Source: Octopus bimaculoides
Lineage: Eukaryota
NCBI RefSeq assembly: GCF_001194135.2
Contig: NC_068993.1
Coordinates: 35,739,440-35,803,439, forward strand
Reading direction: 5' to 3'
DNA length: 64,000 nucleotides
The translations under genes were made by a program, and so were the position numbers. Positions within the stretch are counted from its first letter, which is position 1, and every line of letters starts with the position of its first letter. Below the pieces are notes generated by a model that saw only the letters and a list, made by a program, of their open reading frames with translations, searched no databases and was not told the DNA's origin. Shown here in pieces: positions 40,464 to 53,750 of this stretch.

Positions 40464-43348
40464 GTAGGTTAAACAAATCTGGATTCGAAAATATAAACAA
40501 AAAATTAAATATAGTTAGATATAGAAAACTGTCGAAAAAAACCTGAACATTCTTAAGATTCTGCAAATTCTTGATATGTAGCATTGTATTATGGCATATA
40601 TGTAGAATTGTGCTGTACATGGCATATACTGATCGCAATTTGGAATCCAGAAACATTTCTTTCGATCTCTTCACACGTTATTGAGTGGCTTTAAATGACT
40701 TACTCATTCTCACATACACACGTACAAACATACGCACTCATATGTGTATGTGAGTATGTACGTGGCGGCGTGTATTAAATGTATATTTTAGTATCATATT
40801 CTCTGTGCATGCTTACTTGTGTAAGGAGAAGTTAGCTGCTGCATTAACAATGCATTATGAGATGGCCTTAATCGATAATCGTAACTAATATAAAAGGAAT
40901 TGTATAAATTCGAATATTAAATCTAAATATCTCACCACAAGTTTATTGAGCAGTCAATAAGTATTTAAAAAGTTTACGTTAAAGACTATTATTCATAGAA
41001 TAAAGAAGGGCGGGATATAAAGTTGAATGAGATAGTAGATGGAAAAATTTGAGATGGACAAAAGTCGTTAAGAAGGAGTTTTGGACCAGGATGGAAGAGT
41101 AGGAAAGATTAAGACGATTGAAAGAAGACTAGTAAGAGGAAGAGAGAGAGGAGAGCAAATACAGAAAGGTTGAGTGAAGATGAAAGAGGGGTAGGAGGAG
41201 ATCGAATCATACAAATTGATAGAGAGAGAAAGATGGGCAGGTATGCTGGAATATCATCTTTTGGAATTAATCGGAGCAATCTTCTATTTCGTAGGATTCT
41301 ACTAATTACGAATATTCAAGAAGAATACCATAACATTTGGTTTTCCTATTTTATCATCTATGCTCACATGTGAATACAAAGAAAGAATTTATCAGTTTAT
41401 TCGTTCTAACAATTAATTTTATGCAACGTTCTCTTAATTGCAATCTTTGAAAATAAGACTGTGTTATCACAAAACCAAGAGATAATAATAAAGAATTACA
41501 TCCACGCCACATGATGTAAGAACAGTCATTCAAGTCAATGATTGAAAACTTATGAAGTCCAAGACAAGCAAAGGCTGAGTTCTTATGACATAAAACAAAA
41601 GACTGCATTTTTATATACACAGAGCATACGAAAAGCAAAACCACCTTCTCTAGGTTAGGAATATCAATATCATTGCCATCAGTGAGTTAACTGATCTTCC
41701 CTTACCAGCCAAACAGTAATCAATATGTAAACTTCTGAGTAAATTTAACATTAATAGAAGTATAGCTCGTAAAAGATTATTTCTATCGAAATTATTCAGA
41801 AACGTGGATTTCAGTTAATTACATAGAATTAAATGCGAAAATTGATCCACCTTTCAATACATACTAATTACAAGAAGCTGCATTGCGATGGCATCGTACC
41901 AATGAACAAATGTATTTCTCATCAGTTTAAAGCCATGAAACTAGATCGAATAACCAAATTTGAGTCATTCCGTGTTCTTTTTAGCATTTAAAAATTATTA
42001 TAAGGTGAAAGAATGTATTTTGTATCAGGAATTACACAAATCCAGCTCAATCAGTAAAAACAAAATCACAAAAGAAAAGATTTCTTAGTTGATGGGCAGT
42101 GTAGAATCGAAAGGGAAAACATTTGGTTGCAAAATAAACTTCACAACACAGCTGTAGCCGCTACAGTGCCAGTAGGATGCGTCCTAGAAGCAATTATTAC
42201 TTTGCAGTTTTCGTGTATAATGTTTCAGCTACTGGTGTACACTGCATTATTTCTTCGCCGTCAGTACAGAATACTTGAAAAGTCTATCATCAAATCTGTG
42301 AAGAATTTACTCTCATAGATTGAAAGGTTCTATCCTTGAAATTTTTGCGAAATTACATGAGCTAGCAGAGGTTGGAATTAGTATTTAAAATATAACTACC
42401 TGCGCGAGTTTAAACTCCAAACCTTTTATTGACAAAGGTTTCTCTAGACAAATTAAGATAACAGATTAACGATTACGAGATGCTGTCAATTTCTCACTAG
42501 TAAAAATACATTACAAGTTAATCGGAGATTAAGGATGTAAATGAAATCTGGAGCTGTCCACAAATTTCTTCATTCTAATAATTTATTATACACGTACAGT
42601 AGTACACACGCACACAAATGCATATATATANNNNNNNNNNNNNNNNNNNNNNNNNNNNNNNNNNNNNNNNNNNNNNNNNNNNNNNNNNNNNNNNNNNNNN
42701 NNNNNNNNNNNNNNNNNNNNNNNNNNNNNNNNNNNNNNNNNNNNNNNNNNNNNNNNNNNNNNNNNNNNNNNNNNNNNNNNNNNNNNNNNNNNNNNNNNNN
42801 NNNNNNNNNNNNNNNNNNNNNNNNNNNNNNNNNNNNNNNNNNNNNNNNNNNNNNNNNNNNNNNNNNNNNNNNNNNNNNNNNNNNNNNNNNNNNNNNNNNN
42901 NNNNNNNNNNNNNNNNNNNNNNNNNNNNNNNNNNNNNNNNNNNNNNNNNNNNNNNNNNNNNNNNNNNNNNNNNNNNNNNNNNNNNNNNNNNNNNNNNNNN
43001 NNNNNNNNNNNNNNNNNNNNNNNNNNNNNNNNNNNNNNNNNNNNNNNNNNNNNNNNNNNNNNNNNNNNNNNNNNNNNNNNNNNNNNNNNNNNNNNNNNNN
43101 NNNNNNNNNNNNNNNNNNNNNNNNNNNNNNNNNNNNNNNNNNNNNNNNNNNNNNNNNNNNNNNNNNNNNNNNNNNNNNNNNNNNNNNNNNNNNNNNNNNN
43201 NTATGTGTATAAAGTGGTTACATGCCCGCGGCCATTCGCGTCTGACCAGCCGTCTATAAGACTAAGCGTTTTACAGATACTAAACCATTGGTCACTCTAT
43301 GACTGGCCATGTAATTAACTTCCTGTACACACACACACACACACGCAC

Positions 43349-43427
<79 letters not shown>

Positions 43428-43877
43428 CGCACAAATCCATTAGCCAGTACGGAACAAGTAAAGCAGTACTTGAGAGCCTTTCGAAATCCTTCGAGAGTGG
43501 TAAGAGGGAAGTGTGAAAGACCTACCACTGCTGCCTAGAGGCATCAAGAGGCTAGGTGATTTTGTTAAACCAGGTTACAAACAGACCTGGGTTTGATCTC
43601 AGAACACAAAACCGGAAAAATTATCGTAAACCATCCCGCTCTACCCTCTAATTTTTCCGCCATTCTACTTCCCTACAGTAATAATTTCTTTTAGCGACTC
43701 TGGAAGGATGTTATATATCTGGATTCGAACGCTGAATGCAATGAAGTCAAATACTTAATGTACAGTCACCCCCACCCTCCACAGACACGCATTTTATACT
43801 TTGTTAGGATGGATGCAGACTATCTAGAAGTTTACTCTCTCGTGCTACCGATAACAATAATTTTTTCCTTCATCTCT

Positions 43878-43908
<31 letters not shown>

Positions 43909-44536
43909 GTTACAAGAAAGAGGGTGTGAGAAAAGTGAGTGTCTGAGAGAGAGAAATAAGTAGAAAAAAGGGGGAAAGAGAGAGGATTTAACAGATGCTA
44001 TTGGAACAAACAAAAGGTAACTCGATAAAGAAAGCTTGAAGTGAAAATAGACAAAAATAAAAATGTCTTTGATTTAAAAAAGAAATTCTTTTCTATCGTT
44101 TGGGAAAATTTCTAGAGAGCAAAAAAAAAATTAAATAATTCGATTGCTGTATTTTTTGCTTATGTGGGGGTGGAGTAGACGGGAGGTTGTTTCTGTAAAA
44201 AAAACAACGTTCTGGAATATAATGGCCGTTGTTAGATGGAAACTGAATATCCTATTAAAATATTGTTGACATGCACTATACCATACTTACCACAGATCAA
44301 TAAACACAGCCTCCAGCGAAAGTATTGTGACACTGGGAAGATTGTACTGTAAATGTACATAACGTGACTAGCATTTCATGCCTTGTAATTCTTTGTAACA
44401 CATCGAAAGTTATACCTTGACTTACTTAATCTCACTTACACACACCGACTCTTTAAAACTAGGTCATCGATCAGATTAAGTGAATATGGAGACTATCCAT
44501 ATCTCTGTATGTCTTTTTTAATTCTCTCTCTTTCTC

Positions 44537-44571
<35 letters not shown>

Positions 44572-45717
44572 TTCTCTTTTATTGCTGTTTTCACTCACTC
44601 TCTTTCTCTATACCTACATGTCTGTCTGTAACTATGAATTATATAACACACACACACACACATCTACACATACATACATACATACATACATACATACATA
44701 CACACAATGCTGTAGATTGGCGGAAAAGTAAGAATATCAAACCAGATATGTTGCGATATTTGTTCTAGCACTTTGCGATCTGTATTCAGATCCTACCATG
44801 GCCTCATTGGGTGGTACACTTAATGTGATACCAAGTTTAACAAAAACACCACAACCTAGCACTTTGGGAATGGAGTCCATCCTTTTGGAAGTATTCGGGT
44901 GAGGTTTCCAATTTGAGCATAGCTTCTTCCTTCTCGCTCTCCCACGAATCCTGGGCTTTCAAGATTCTAAAGGGGTCGTGGACAGTCCTTTGTTGCGTGC
45001 CCTCAGAAGACCCTTTAGAAGACCGGTGATATTGACGTCATTAATGTTCCCCTTCAGTCTTCGAGAATGAATATCTACGGAAAAGACTGGAGCAAAGACG
45101 AGATTCCAGAGGATCAAGATTCTGAGAAGGAAGAACGGGGAAGGTGATTGTATTGTGCCAGTTTATTGTCTATGAAATGATCGAAGTCAGTGACCCAGAT
45201 CAGCGATAGAAATCACCAAAAGAGTAAACGAATATATCTCACTCTGCCTCCTCACTCTCTCTCACTTTCTGGATGTATGTTTGTATGTATGTTTGTATGT
45301 ATGTATGTATGTATGTATGTATGTACGTATGTACGTATGTATGTATGTATGTATGTACGTACGTACGTATGTATGTATGTATGTATTATTGTATGTATGC
45401 ATATGCCTCTTGATGCCAGTACAGAATCCCTGTTCTTTGCTTGTTTCAATCTATTTCATCCCTCACCCCTTTCACCCTCTAACTCTCGCATTCCCTCCCT
45501 ACAATCTTGTGTTTCCTTTTATTTATTTGTATCATTTTCCCCTAATATTATTTCACTTTCTTAAACATTTAAGTGTTTCTTCTACAAAACGATTTGATTT
45601 TTAGCTGTTAATGTCTGTCGGAAAATGGGAGAAGATGGAGGCAAAGTGTGTGTGAGAAGAGTACACTTGAAGGTGGATTCACAGATATACGGGAGGTAGT
45701 AAAGAGAGAGAAAACGA

Positions 45718-45807
45718 AAGAAGAAGAAGAAGAAGAAGAAGAAGAAGAAGAAGAAGAAGAAGAAGAAGAAGAAGAAGAAGAAGAAGAAGAAGAAGAAGAA
45801 GAAGAAG
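45718..45807. repeat. (GAA)n microsatellite running into a gap
   Basis: Directly visible; explains the poly-E/F/S/L ORFs. Confidence 0.95.
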
Positions 45808-46946
45808 NNNNNNNNNNNNNNNNNNNNNNNNNNNNNNNNNNNNNNNNNNNNNNNNNNNNNNNNNNNNNNNNNNNNNNNNNNNNNNNNNNNNNNNNNNNNN
45901 NNNNNNNNNNNNNNNNNNNNNNNNNNNNNNNNNNNNNNNNNNNNNNNNNNNNNNNNNNNNNNNNNNNNNNNNNNNNNNNNNNNNNNNNNNNNNNNNNNNN
46001 NNNNNNNNNNNNNNNNNNNNNNNNNNNNNNNNNNNNNNNNNNNNNNNNNNNNNNNNNNNNNNNNNNNNNNNNNNNNNNNNNNNNNNNNNNNNNNNNNNNN
46101 NNNNNNNNNNNNNNNNNNNNNNNNNNNNNNNNNNNNNNNNNNNNNNNNNNNNNNNNNNNNNNNNNNNNNNNNNNNNNNNNNNNNNNNNNNNNNNNNNNNN
46201 NNNNNNNNNNNNNNNNNNNNNNNNNNNNNNNNNNNNNNNNNNNNNNNNNNNNNNNNNNNNNNNNNNNNNNNNNNNNNNNNNNNNNNNNNNNNNNNNNNNN
46301 NNNNNNNNNNNNNNNNNNNNNNNNNNNNNNNNNNNNNNNNNNNNNNNNNNNNNNNNNNNNNNNNNNNNNNNNNNNNNNNNNNNNNNNNNNNNNNNNNNNN
46401 NNNNNNNNNNNNNNNNNNNNNNCACACATATATAAGCACACACAAACGGTCTGTCGCTCATTTATCTATTTTTACAAACCCACACACACATTAACTCAAA
46501 AATACAATGACATATGTATGTAGACATGTGAGAAAGAATGTACGTATATATATATTTGTGCACGTTTCGTATTGTCATTTGAAGCTATTGATTTTAGATT
46601 TCTTTAATTATTGATATTTTATTTTCTCCCGGTACAAATCCATTAACATATGCTGAACCGAGGATTCAACGCGATCTGTTAGCAAGGACGCTAACATGAA
46701 GAAGCCATGAGGCATGCAAATGAAACAATGAAATGTTCTAGAATGGATATATGTATGTGTGAATGTATGTATGTGTGTGAGTGTGTGTTTATGTGTATGT
46801 TTGTGGAGAGTAAGATACGCAGATACAGAAAGGAAAATAAATAGAAGATATTTAAAGCTCAGCAATACTAAAAAGCTCTTTACCACATTCATCTACCTGA
46901 TTGCATATTATGCCAGTAAACATATTTGCATAATACATTATGTGTG

Positions 46947-46977
<31 letters not shown>

Positions 46978-49339
46978 NNNNNNNNNNNNNNNNNNNNNNN
47001 NNNNNNNNNNNNNNNNNNNNNNNNNNNNNNNNNNNNNNNNNNNNNNNNNNNNNNNNNNNNNNNNNNNNNNNNNNNNNNNNNNNNNNNNNNNNNNNNNNNN
47101 NNNNNNNNNNNNNNNNNNNNNNNNNNNNNNNNNNNNNNNNNNNNNNNNNNNNNNNNNNNNNNNNNNNNNNNNNNNNNNNNNNNNNNNNNNNNNNNNNNNN
47201 NNNNNNNNNNNNNNNNNNNNNNNNNNNNNNNNNNNNNNNNNNNNNNNNNNNNNNNNNNNNNNNNNNNNNNNNNNNNNNNNNNNNNNNNNNNNNNNNNNNN
47301 NNNNNNNNNNNNNNNNNNNNNNNNNNNNNNNNNNNNNNNNNNNNNNNNNNNNNNNNNNNNNNNNNNNNNNNNNNNNNNNNNNNNNNNNNNNNNNNNNNNN
47401 NNNNNNNNNNNNNNNNNNNNNNNNNNNNNNNNNNNNNNNNNNNNNNNNNNNNNNNNNNNNNNNNNNNNNNNNNNNNNNNNNNNNNNNNNNNNNNNNNNNN
47501 NNNNNNNNNNNNNNNNNNNNNNNNNNNNNNNNNTATATATATATATATATATATACATACATATATACATACATACATACATACATACATACATACATAC
47601 ATACATACATACATACATACATACATGCATATAGGCAAGGACATAGCTACATGCGTATTATACTGATGTCACGACTGTGTTCTAGTTTACTCCTCGACTC
47701 AGTACCAAATAAACCATGAAAGTAACCTGGAGTTTAAAGTTAAACAATTTCATTAATTATCACGCCTTGGTACTTTGTCTGTTGCTAGAAAATACTGTTT
47801 GAATTGGCACCGTCACTGCTTTATTTAGAATATTTATCCTAAAAGGTATTGGGACGTCAAAGGGTCTTTGAAATGTTATTATGACAAACTAAAGAACCAA
47901 TCAGAAAATATGGGTAATAAACTACGCGTAACAGAAATTACGATAACTCCTGCCTACTTCGGCGATGAGAAAGAATAATAACTGGTCTCTCAATCACTTG
48001 TGTATCTATCTTCAGTATTATTTTCGAATTCTAAACACACTTTAATTCCCCAAAAAGTGGTAACGTATTGCCCAAAACTTGATAAAAGTCTCAATTTCTC
48101 TGGCCAAATGCACCGTCAAAAAGTACGACCTGCTCAATATTAGATTTCTTTGACTGTTCATATCGATGTTTGTGTGAGTGTGTGCCTGTATGGATGGTGT
48201 TTGTTTAATACTTGTGTGTGCATCTATGTATCTAAATGATTATGTGGAGAAGTAGCTGTGTTCGAGTGTGTTTCTGTGTAGTTTCATACAAAACTCGATA
48301 TTCATCTTATTTTTCATTTGCTCATATAAGAAATTTAAAAAAGAAAATCAAAGTTTAGCTAGTTAAAATTTAAATTTACTTTTCTCTGTACGGAAAACGT
48401 ATCACTGAATATCATTATATACTGCTGTAGGTGTGTTGTCATAGGTATATTATCTTTGGTCTGATATCATCGCCATGGAGATATTTTTAATGTGTCGTTC
48501 ATGTTGAAGCATTAATGTGATAGCGTTCCGTTTTTATATTGATTGAAAGATATCACTATATGGTGATATCAACCTAGAGTTGATGCAATTACCTTTTTGC
48601 TGATTTGACGTCGTAGGAAATTTTATGTTACATATCACATGACATTTTATGTCATCTGATATAGTTTGTGTAAGCGGTTCATACGATGCTGTTAAAGTGA
48701 TACAAAGTACATCGATCTTACAGTCGACTGTTATATCCACTCCAGTGTCATGTGCGTTGTTTTTGATCATTTTATCATATATCATTGTTACGTCTGAGTG
48801 ATATTTTTTTAAATTTTATAAAGCTTTTTTATATAAGTCACTATCTTTTGAGGTGGGGCGGAGTTACTGGCCTTTATATAATGGCGGTGACATCAAAACC
48901 ACAGGTATTTTGAGAAAGATAACCCAAATTTCAAGGAGGTGATGCAGCATGGCCGCAGTCTAAAGACTGAAAGAAGTTAAAAATAAAAGATAAATCATTG
49001 AAATGATCTGCTTTCAAAATTTCAAGTAATCACATGTCCGCTCTTTATCTCAGTCTGTTGTAGCATTTAGCAAATAAGGGGTAAATCTTTTCCGGCGTTT
49101 AACACGTCTACCACAGTATAACTAATTAAAATACTCTCAATAGTAAAGAATCAAACGTCTATCATCAGTTCCACAGTACTGTTGCTGCTTATAGCAACAA
49201 ATTGTGACACCTAGGGGAAGTTACGTGTAGAAAGTCATTTTTGAAGGACACAGACAGTTGCCGACTCAAATACTGTGAGGATGAATCAAAAGCCAATTTC
49301 GACTCTGGTAGGATTTCAACCTTGAACGGATTGTCCCGG

Positions 49340-49700
49340 GTACTTCACTTATAATGTCATGGAAAAATATAATATTGTAAATGATATCGCAAAACTCTTC
49401 AGCCCATACTCCAATAATACCATTCATTTGAGTACATTGAGGAATATACTTTTAGATGTTATTACAATAATGGTTTGCTACTATGTGAAGCTAAAACAAA
49501 ATCTTTACGTAAGAGCATTTTGTGAAAACGAATTGGGTGACCAGTACCATATTTACCAGAGTTGTTTATAAAAACATGTCCGTTTTTGCTGCAGATGTGT
49601 GACCAAAGAGAATATATCAACAGAGCAGTCATATGATTAAAAGTAGTCCAGTCGTGACATCGTGTCCTTTTAAGCATATCTAATAACACACTTCATAATA
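49340..49700 (+). mobile_element. CR1/L2-like LINE 3' relic
   Basis: KQNLYVRAFCENELGDQYHIYQSC resembles the RxCxxC...xGDExHxxxxC C-terminal zinc knuckle of invertebrate LINEs. Confidence 0.5.
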
Positions 49701-50156
49701 TATCCTCTCGACCTCTAAGATGATGTTATATGTGTGATTTCAGAGAGGTTCGATACTATGTACAAGTGCCAGCATCGGTTCAAGAAAAAGACGTTTTTAA
49801 AGATTCGTATTTCTAATGAAAACAAAAATAATGGATGCGGTTATATTTCAACAGCGTGACCAAGTGTTCATAGGGGAGTTGTTATTTTTGCAACTGATAA
49901 CTCACCGCTATAGACACTATCATATCATTGTAAAGACAAAGTTATCTTACGTAAGGTACATCATCTGTTCACAAGACGTAGTCGCACAGTAAAATATTTG
50001 CTTTAAAGCAGACAGTAAGATAACTGTTTTCTTACTTGATTATAAAGCAGTACAAAGGCAACACAGTTGCAAATGTATGTTGTATGTTAACGGTTAATAT
50101 TCCTGACACGCTTTCAACGTGGGAAAAATCATTCTGTGTAATTTTGTTTATTAATG

Positions 50157-50203
<47 letters not shown>

Positions 50204-51389
50204 NNNNNNNNNNNNNNNNNNNNNNNNNNNNNNNNNNNNNNNNNNNNNNNNNNNNNNNNNNNNNNNNNNNNNNNNNNNNNNNNNNNNNNNNNNNNNNNNN
50301 NNNNNNNNNNNNNNNNNNNNNNNNNNNNNNNNNNNNNNNNNNNNNNNNNNNNNNNNNNNNNNNNNNNNNNNNNNNNNNNNNNNNNNNNNNNNNNNNNNNN
50401 NNNNNNNNNNNNNNNNNNNNNNNNNNNNNNNNNNNNNNNNNNNNNNNNNNNNNNNNNNNNNNNNNNNNNNNNNNNNNNNNNNNNNNNNNNNNNNNNNNNN
50501 NNNNNNNNNNNNNNNNNNNNNNNNNNNNNNNNNNNNNNNNNNNNNNNNNNNNNNNNNNNNNNNNNNNNNNNNNNNNNNNNNNNNNNNNNNNNNNNNNNNN
50601 NNNNNNNNNNNNNNNNNNNNNNNNNNNNNNNNNNNNNNNNNNNNNNNNNNNNNNNNNNNNNNNNNNNNNNNNNNNNNNNNNNNNNNNNNNNNNNNNNNNN
50701 NNNNNNNNNNNNNNNNNNNNNNNNNNNNNNNNNNNNNNNNNNNNNNNNNNNNNNNNNNNNNNNNNNNNNNNNNNNNNNNNNNNNNNNNNNNNNNNNNNNN
50801 NNNNNNNNNNNNNNNNNNNNNNNNNNNNNNNNNNNNNNNNNNNNNNNNNNNNNNNNNNNNNNNNNNNNNNNNNNNNNNNNNNNNNNNNNNNNNNNNNNNN
50901 NNNNNNNNNNNNNNNNNNNNNNNNNNNNNNNNNNAGAAAAAGAAAAATTAAATTTAAAATTATTTGTTTTAGAGGTCTCTGAAACATTTTGCCCCGTTTC
51001 AACTTATGCTCATACACTAGAACGTTGGTTTACCAATTTAACTCGTTCCTGTAGGCAGTTTGCCACCCGAAACGTTCGTAAACCGAAACTATTTTTTCTA
51101 TAGGAAATTCAACAGAAGACACGGTGAATTCGAACTGGGGTGTGTACTGACTGAAAGCCAGACAGCATCTGATGCTCTCCCGTTTATGTTCCCAGCTTGT
51201 CACCATCCATTGTTGCTGGTTTGTGTTTTCGTCATTCGAGATACCGTTTGTCATCCGAGACGTTTTATGTTCGAAAAATTGTATGTAAACCAATTTGATT
51301 GTGATGATAGACGTTCGTAAAGCGAAGTTCCACAGTATTCTTATTAATAAAAATGATATTAATATTAATTATGATTTGTAAATTTGGAA

Positions 51390-51560
51390 TAGGCCAGCAG
51401 TTTTTGAGAGGATGGGGAGACGATTGCATTGACCCCAGTACTTCATCCGAAAGGATGAAAGTTAACCTCGGCGGAATTTGAACTCAGAACATAACCACGG
51501 ACGAAAAACCGCTAAGAATTTTCTATGGCGAGCTTGACCGTCCTGCTAGTTCATTGCCAT
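51390..51560 (-). mobile_element. SINE family A copy
   Basis: gaccccagtac...aaaggatgaaag...cctcggcggaatttgaactcagaac is the reverse complement of the body. Confidence 0.75.
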
Positions 51561-51606
51561 AATAATAATAACAACAACGACATCAATAGTTAATGGCAAC
51601 ATCAAT

Positions 51607-51690
<84 letters not shown>

Positions 51691-51778
51691 GAGCACCACA
51701 GCAAACCACAGCACATACCCAAGGCGCACAGAGCTGCGCTCGGTAGTGAAGTGAAAGCACGTTATAAAAATAAAACTA

Positions 51779-51781
<3 letters not shown>
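51691..51781 (+). mobile_element. 5'-truncated LINE 3' end with (AAT)n tail, inserted in an (AAT)n microsatellite
   Basis: A 91-bp unique segment with a small stem-loop gcgca-cagagc-tgcgc and ending ataaaaataaaactactg. (AAT)n lies on both sides (about 51608-51690 and 51782-51830). Confidence 0.55.
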
Positions 51782-51832
<51 letters not shown>

Positions 51833-52099
51833 TCTTTCTAAGTTTGTCACAAAGCCAAAAAGATAAGAATGATTTCAAATTTAAGCACAAGGCCAATAAT
51901 TTTAGAGGAGTGGGTTAGACAGTTAAATTGATCCCAGTAGTTGACTAGTAATTTATCTTATTGACTGTAAAGAAATGAAATGTATATAATAATCATTTAT
52001 ACACAAAGTGTATATTTACCAGAAATACGAAGAGACAGAAACCTTATTCGAGTAGAAAATTATTGTAAAATATCCATTGTGCTTATGGAAATATATTTG

Positions 52100-53140
52100 T
52101 TAAACAGCAATAGAAATCTAGTAAAAAGAGCTACAAAAGGCGAACACAACAAAAGAAAATCTCGTTTGTATCTTTAATGAAGACAGAAATACAAAACTGG
52201 TCCGGAATTGAGAGACAGTTATGAGGAGAGGGATGAAGAGAAACTCTGAAAACAATTAAAATGTATGCTAAACATCTATTCCAGATAGTCATGATAGAAG
52301 TATGAAGTAAAATGAGTCTGCGTAGAAAACAGGCGAAAATTAAAACTGAGCAGTGGGTGGTGGAAATATAAACGAAAGTAGCAGCACTGACTGAGAAAGG
52401 CAAGAATGAAAATATAAGACTGGAATAATGCAAAAATTACTTCTAGAGTATGAGTCTAATTCCATCATGCCTGTAGACTATTTTGTCTTAGCTAAGTCTG
52501 GGTAGCCAAAGACAATGCAATCGTTTCTTCCCCAACTCTATGGAGGCTGGGTTACTTAATATATTCTGCTTCAAGATTATTGAATAACATGGGCCTACAC
52601 ACTGCGATTGTGAATGCATACTACGATGAAAGTCTTACGACGTAGAAACTGTTGGATCGGAGTAAAAGTCACGAAGTAAATAAGTGTATTTAACGCAATA
52701 ATCGAAGTCACTAGATTATCCCGCAGATCGTAGTATGCATTCACAATCGCAGTGTGTAGACCCATGTTATTCAATAATCTTGAAGCAGAATATATTAAGT
52801 AACCCAGCCTCCATAGAGTTGGGGAAGAAACGATTGCACTGTCTTTGGCTACCCAGACTTAGCTAAGACAAAATAGTCTACAGGCATGATAGAATTAGAC
52901 TCATACTCTAGAAGTAAGTTTTGCATTATTCCAGTAACTGAAAGGAGGTGGTGTATACATACATTAGAAAATGTCTCAGTGAATGACAAAGCGTTCATTC
53001 TCTGGGATGTGACTCTGCACACAGACATGGTAGTCAAGACTAGTCAGCTTTATATTTTTGTCATGGCTACCAGGAAAGGAGGTGGAAATACCTACTCATT
53101 GAAATATCAATTTCAACATACTAGAATATTCAACTATAAG
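52100..53140 (+). mobile_element. Decayed non-LTR retrotransposon with restriction-like endonuclease (R2/R4/NeSL-type) C-terminal region
   Basis: HNKRKSRLYL (about 52145-52175, compare HPKxxxxRLYL); HRVGEETI...GYPDLAKTK..RHD (CCHC knuckle remnant); RWCIHTLENVSVNDKAFILWDVTLHTDMVV (compare W..H.PE.V.EN....ILWDF.IQTD..I). Confidence 0.7.
52419..52935. repeat. Long inverted repeat: 209-bp arms (52419-52627 / 52727-52935), 99-bp spacer
   Basis: Direct base-by-base comparison found only about 4 mismatches (about 98% identity). Confidence 0.95.
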
Positions 53141-53414
53141 TAACTGTTAATAGGGATAAGAAAGACGTCGGAAACAAAGACAATTTCTAAAATAAAAGGT
53201 TGTTGAGATTGATGAAATAACCTGATGACAAATATACCTAACCAAACTATAAGACATAAAATGTGCACAACGTATAAAAGATAGCAATACTAAGCACTGC
53301 ATGCATATTCTGTAAAATAGTCGTAATACAACAGACAGCAAAACAAAATTAAAAACAGAACGACACTTGATGTTGCAGTCAAAGTATACGTAACAATAAC
53401 AGACATAAGGTCTG

Positions 53415-53750
53415 AAATTTGGTAAAGGGGACAAGTCAATTACATTGACACCAGTGCGTAACAGGTACTTATTTTATCGCCCCAGAACGGAAGAAAGGCA
53501 AAGTCGACCTCAGCAGCATTTGAACTCAGAATCTAAAGACAGAAGTAATGCCACTAAGCATTTTATCGGGCATACTAACAAATCTATCAGCTCACAGCCA
53601 TAAGAACAATAATGGTTTCAAATTTTGACACATGGCCAACAATTTTAGGAGGAAGATGTTTAGTTGATTTCATCAACCCCCGCACTTAGCTTGTTCTTAT
53701 TTTATCGACTCCGAAATGATGAATGGCATAAATGACCTCGGCCGGATTTA
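53415..53750 (-). mobile_element. Two adjacent SINE family A copies
   Basis: aaaggcaaagtcgacctcagcagcatttgaactcagaa and tttatcgactccgaaatgatgaatggc...gacctcggc. Confidence 0.7.

Noticed and set aside
52621-52650. ctacgatgaaagtcttacgacgtagaaac in the spacer of the long inverted repeat looks hammerhead-like
   Set aside because: The core is not CUGANGA, and stem II is only 3 bp and not adjacent to GAAA; likely chance.
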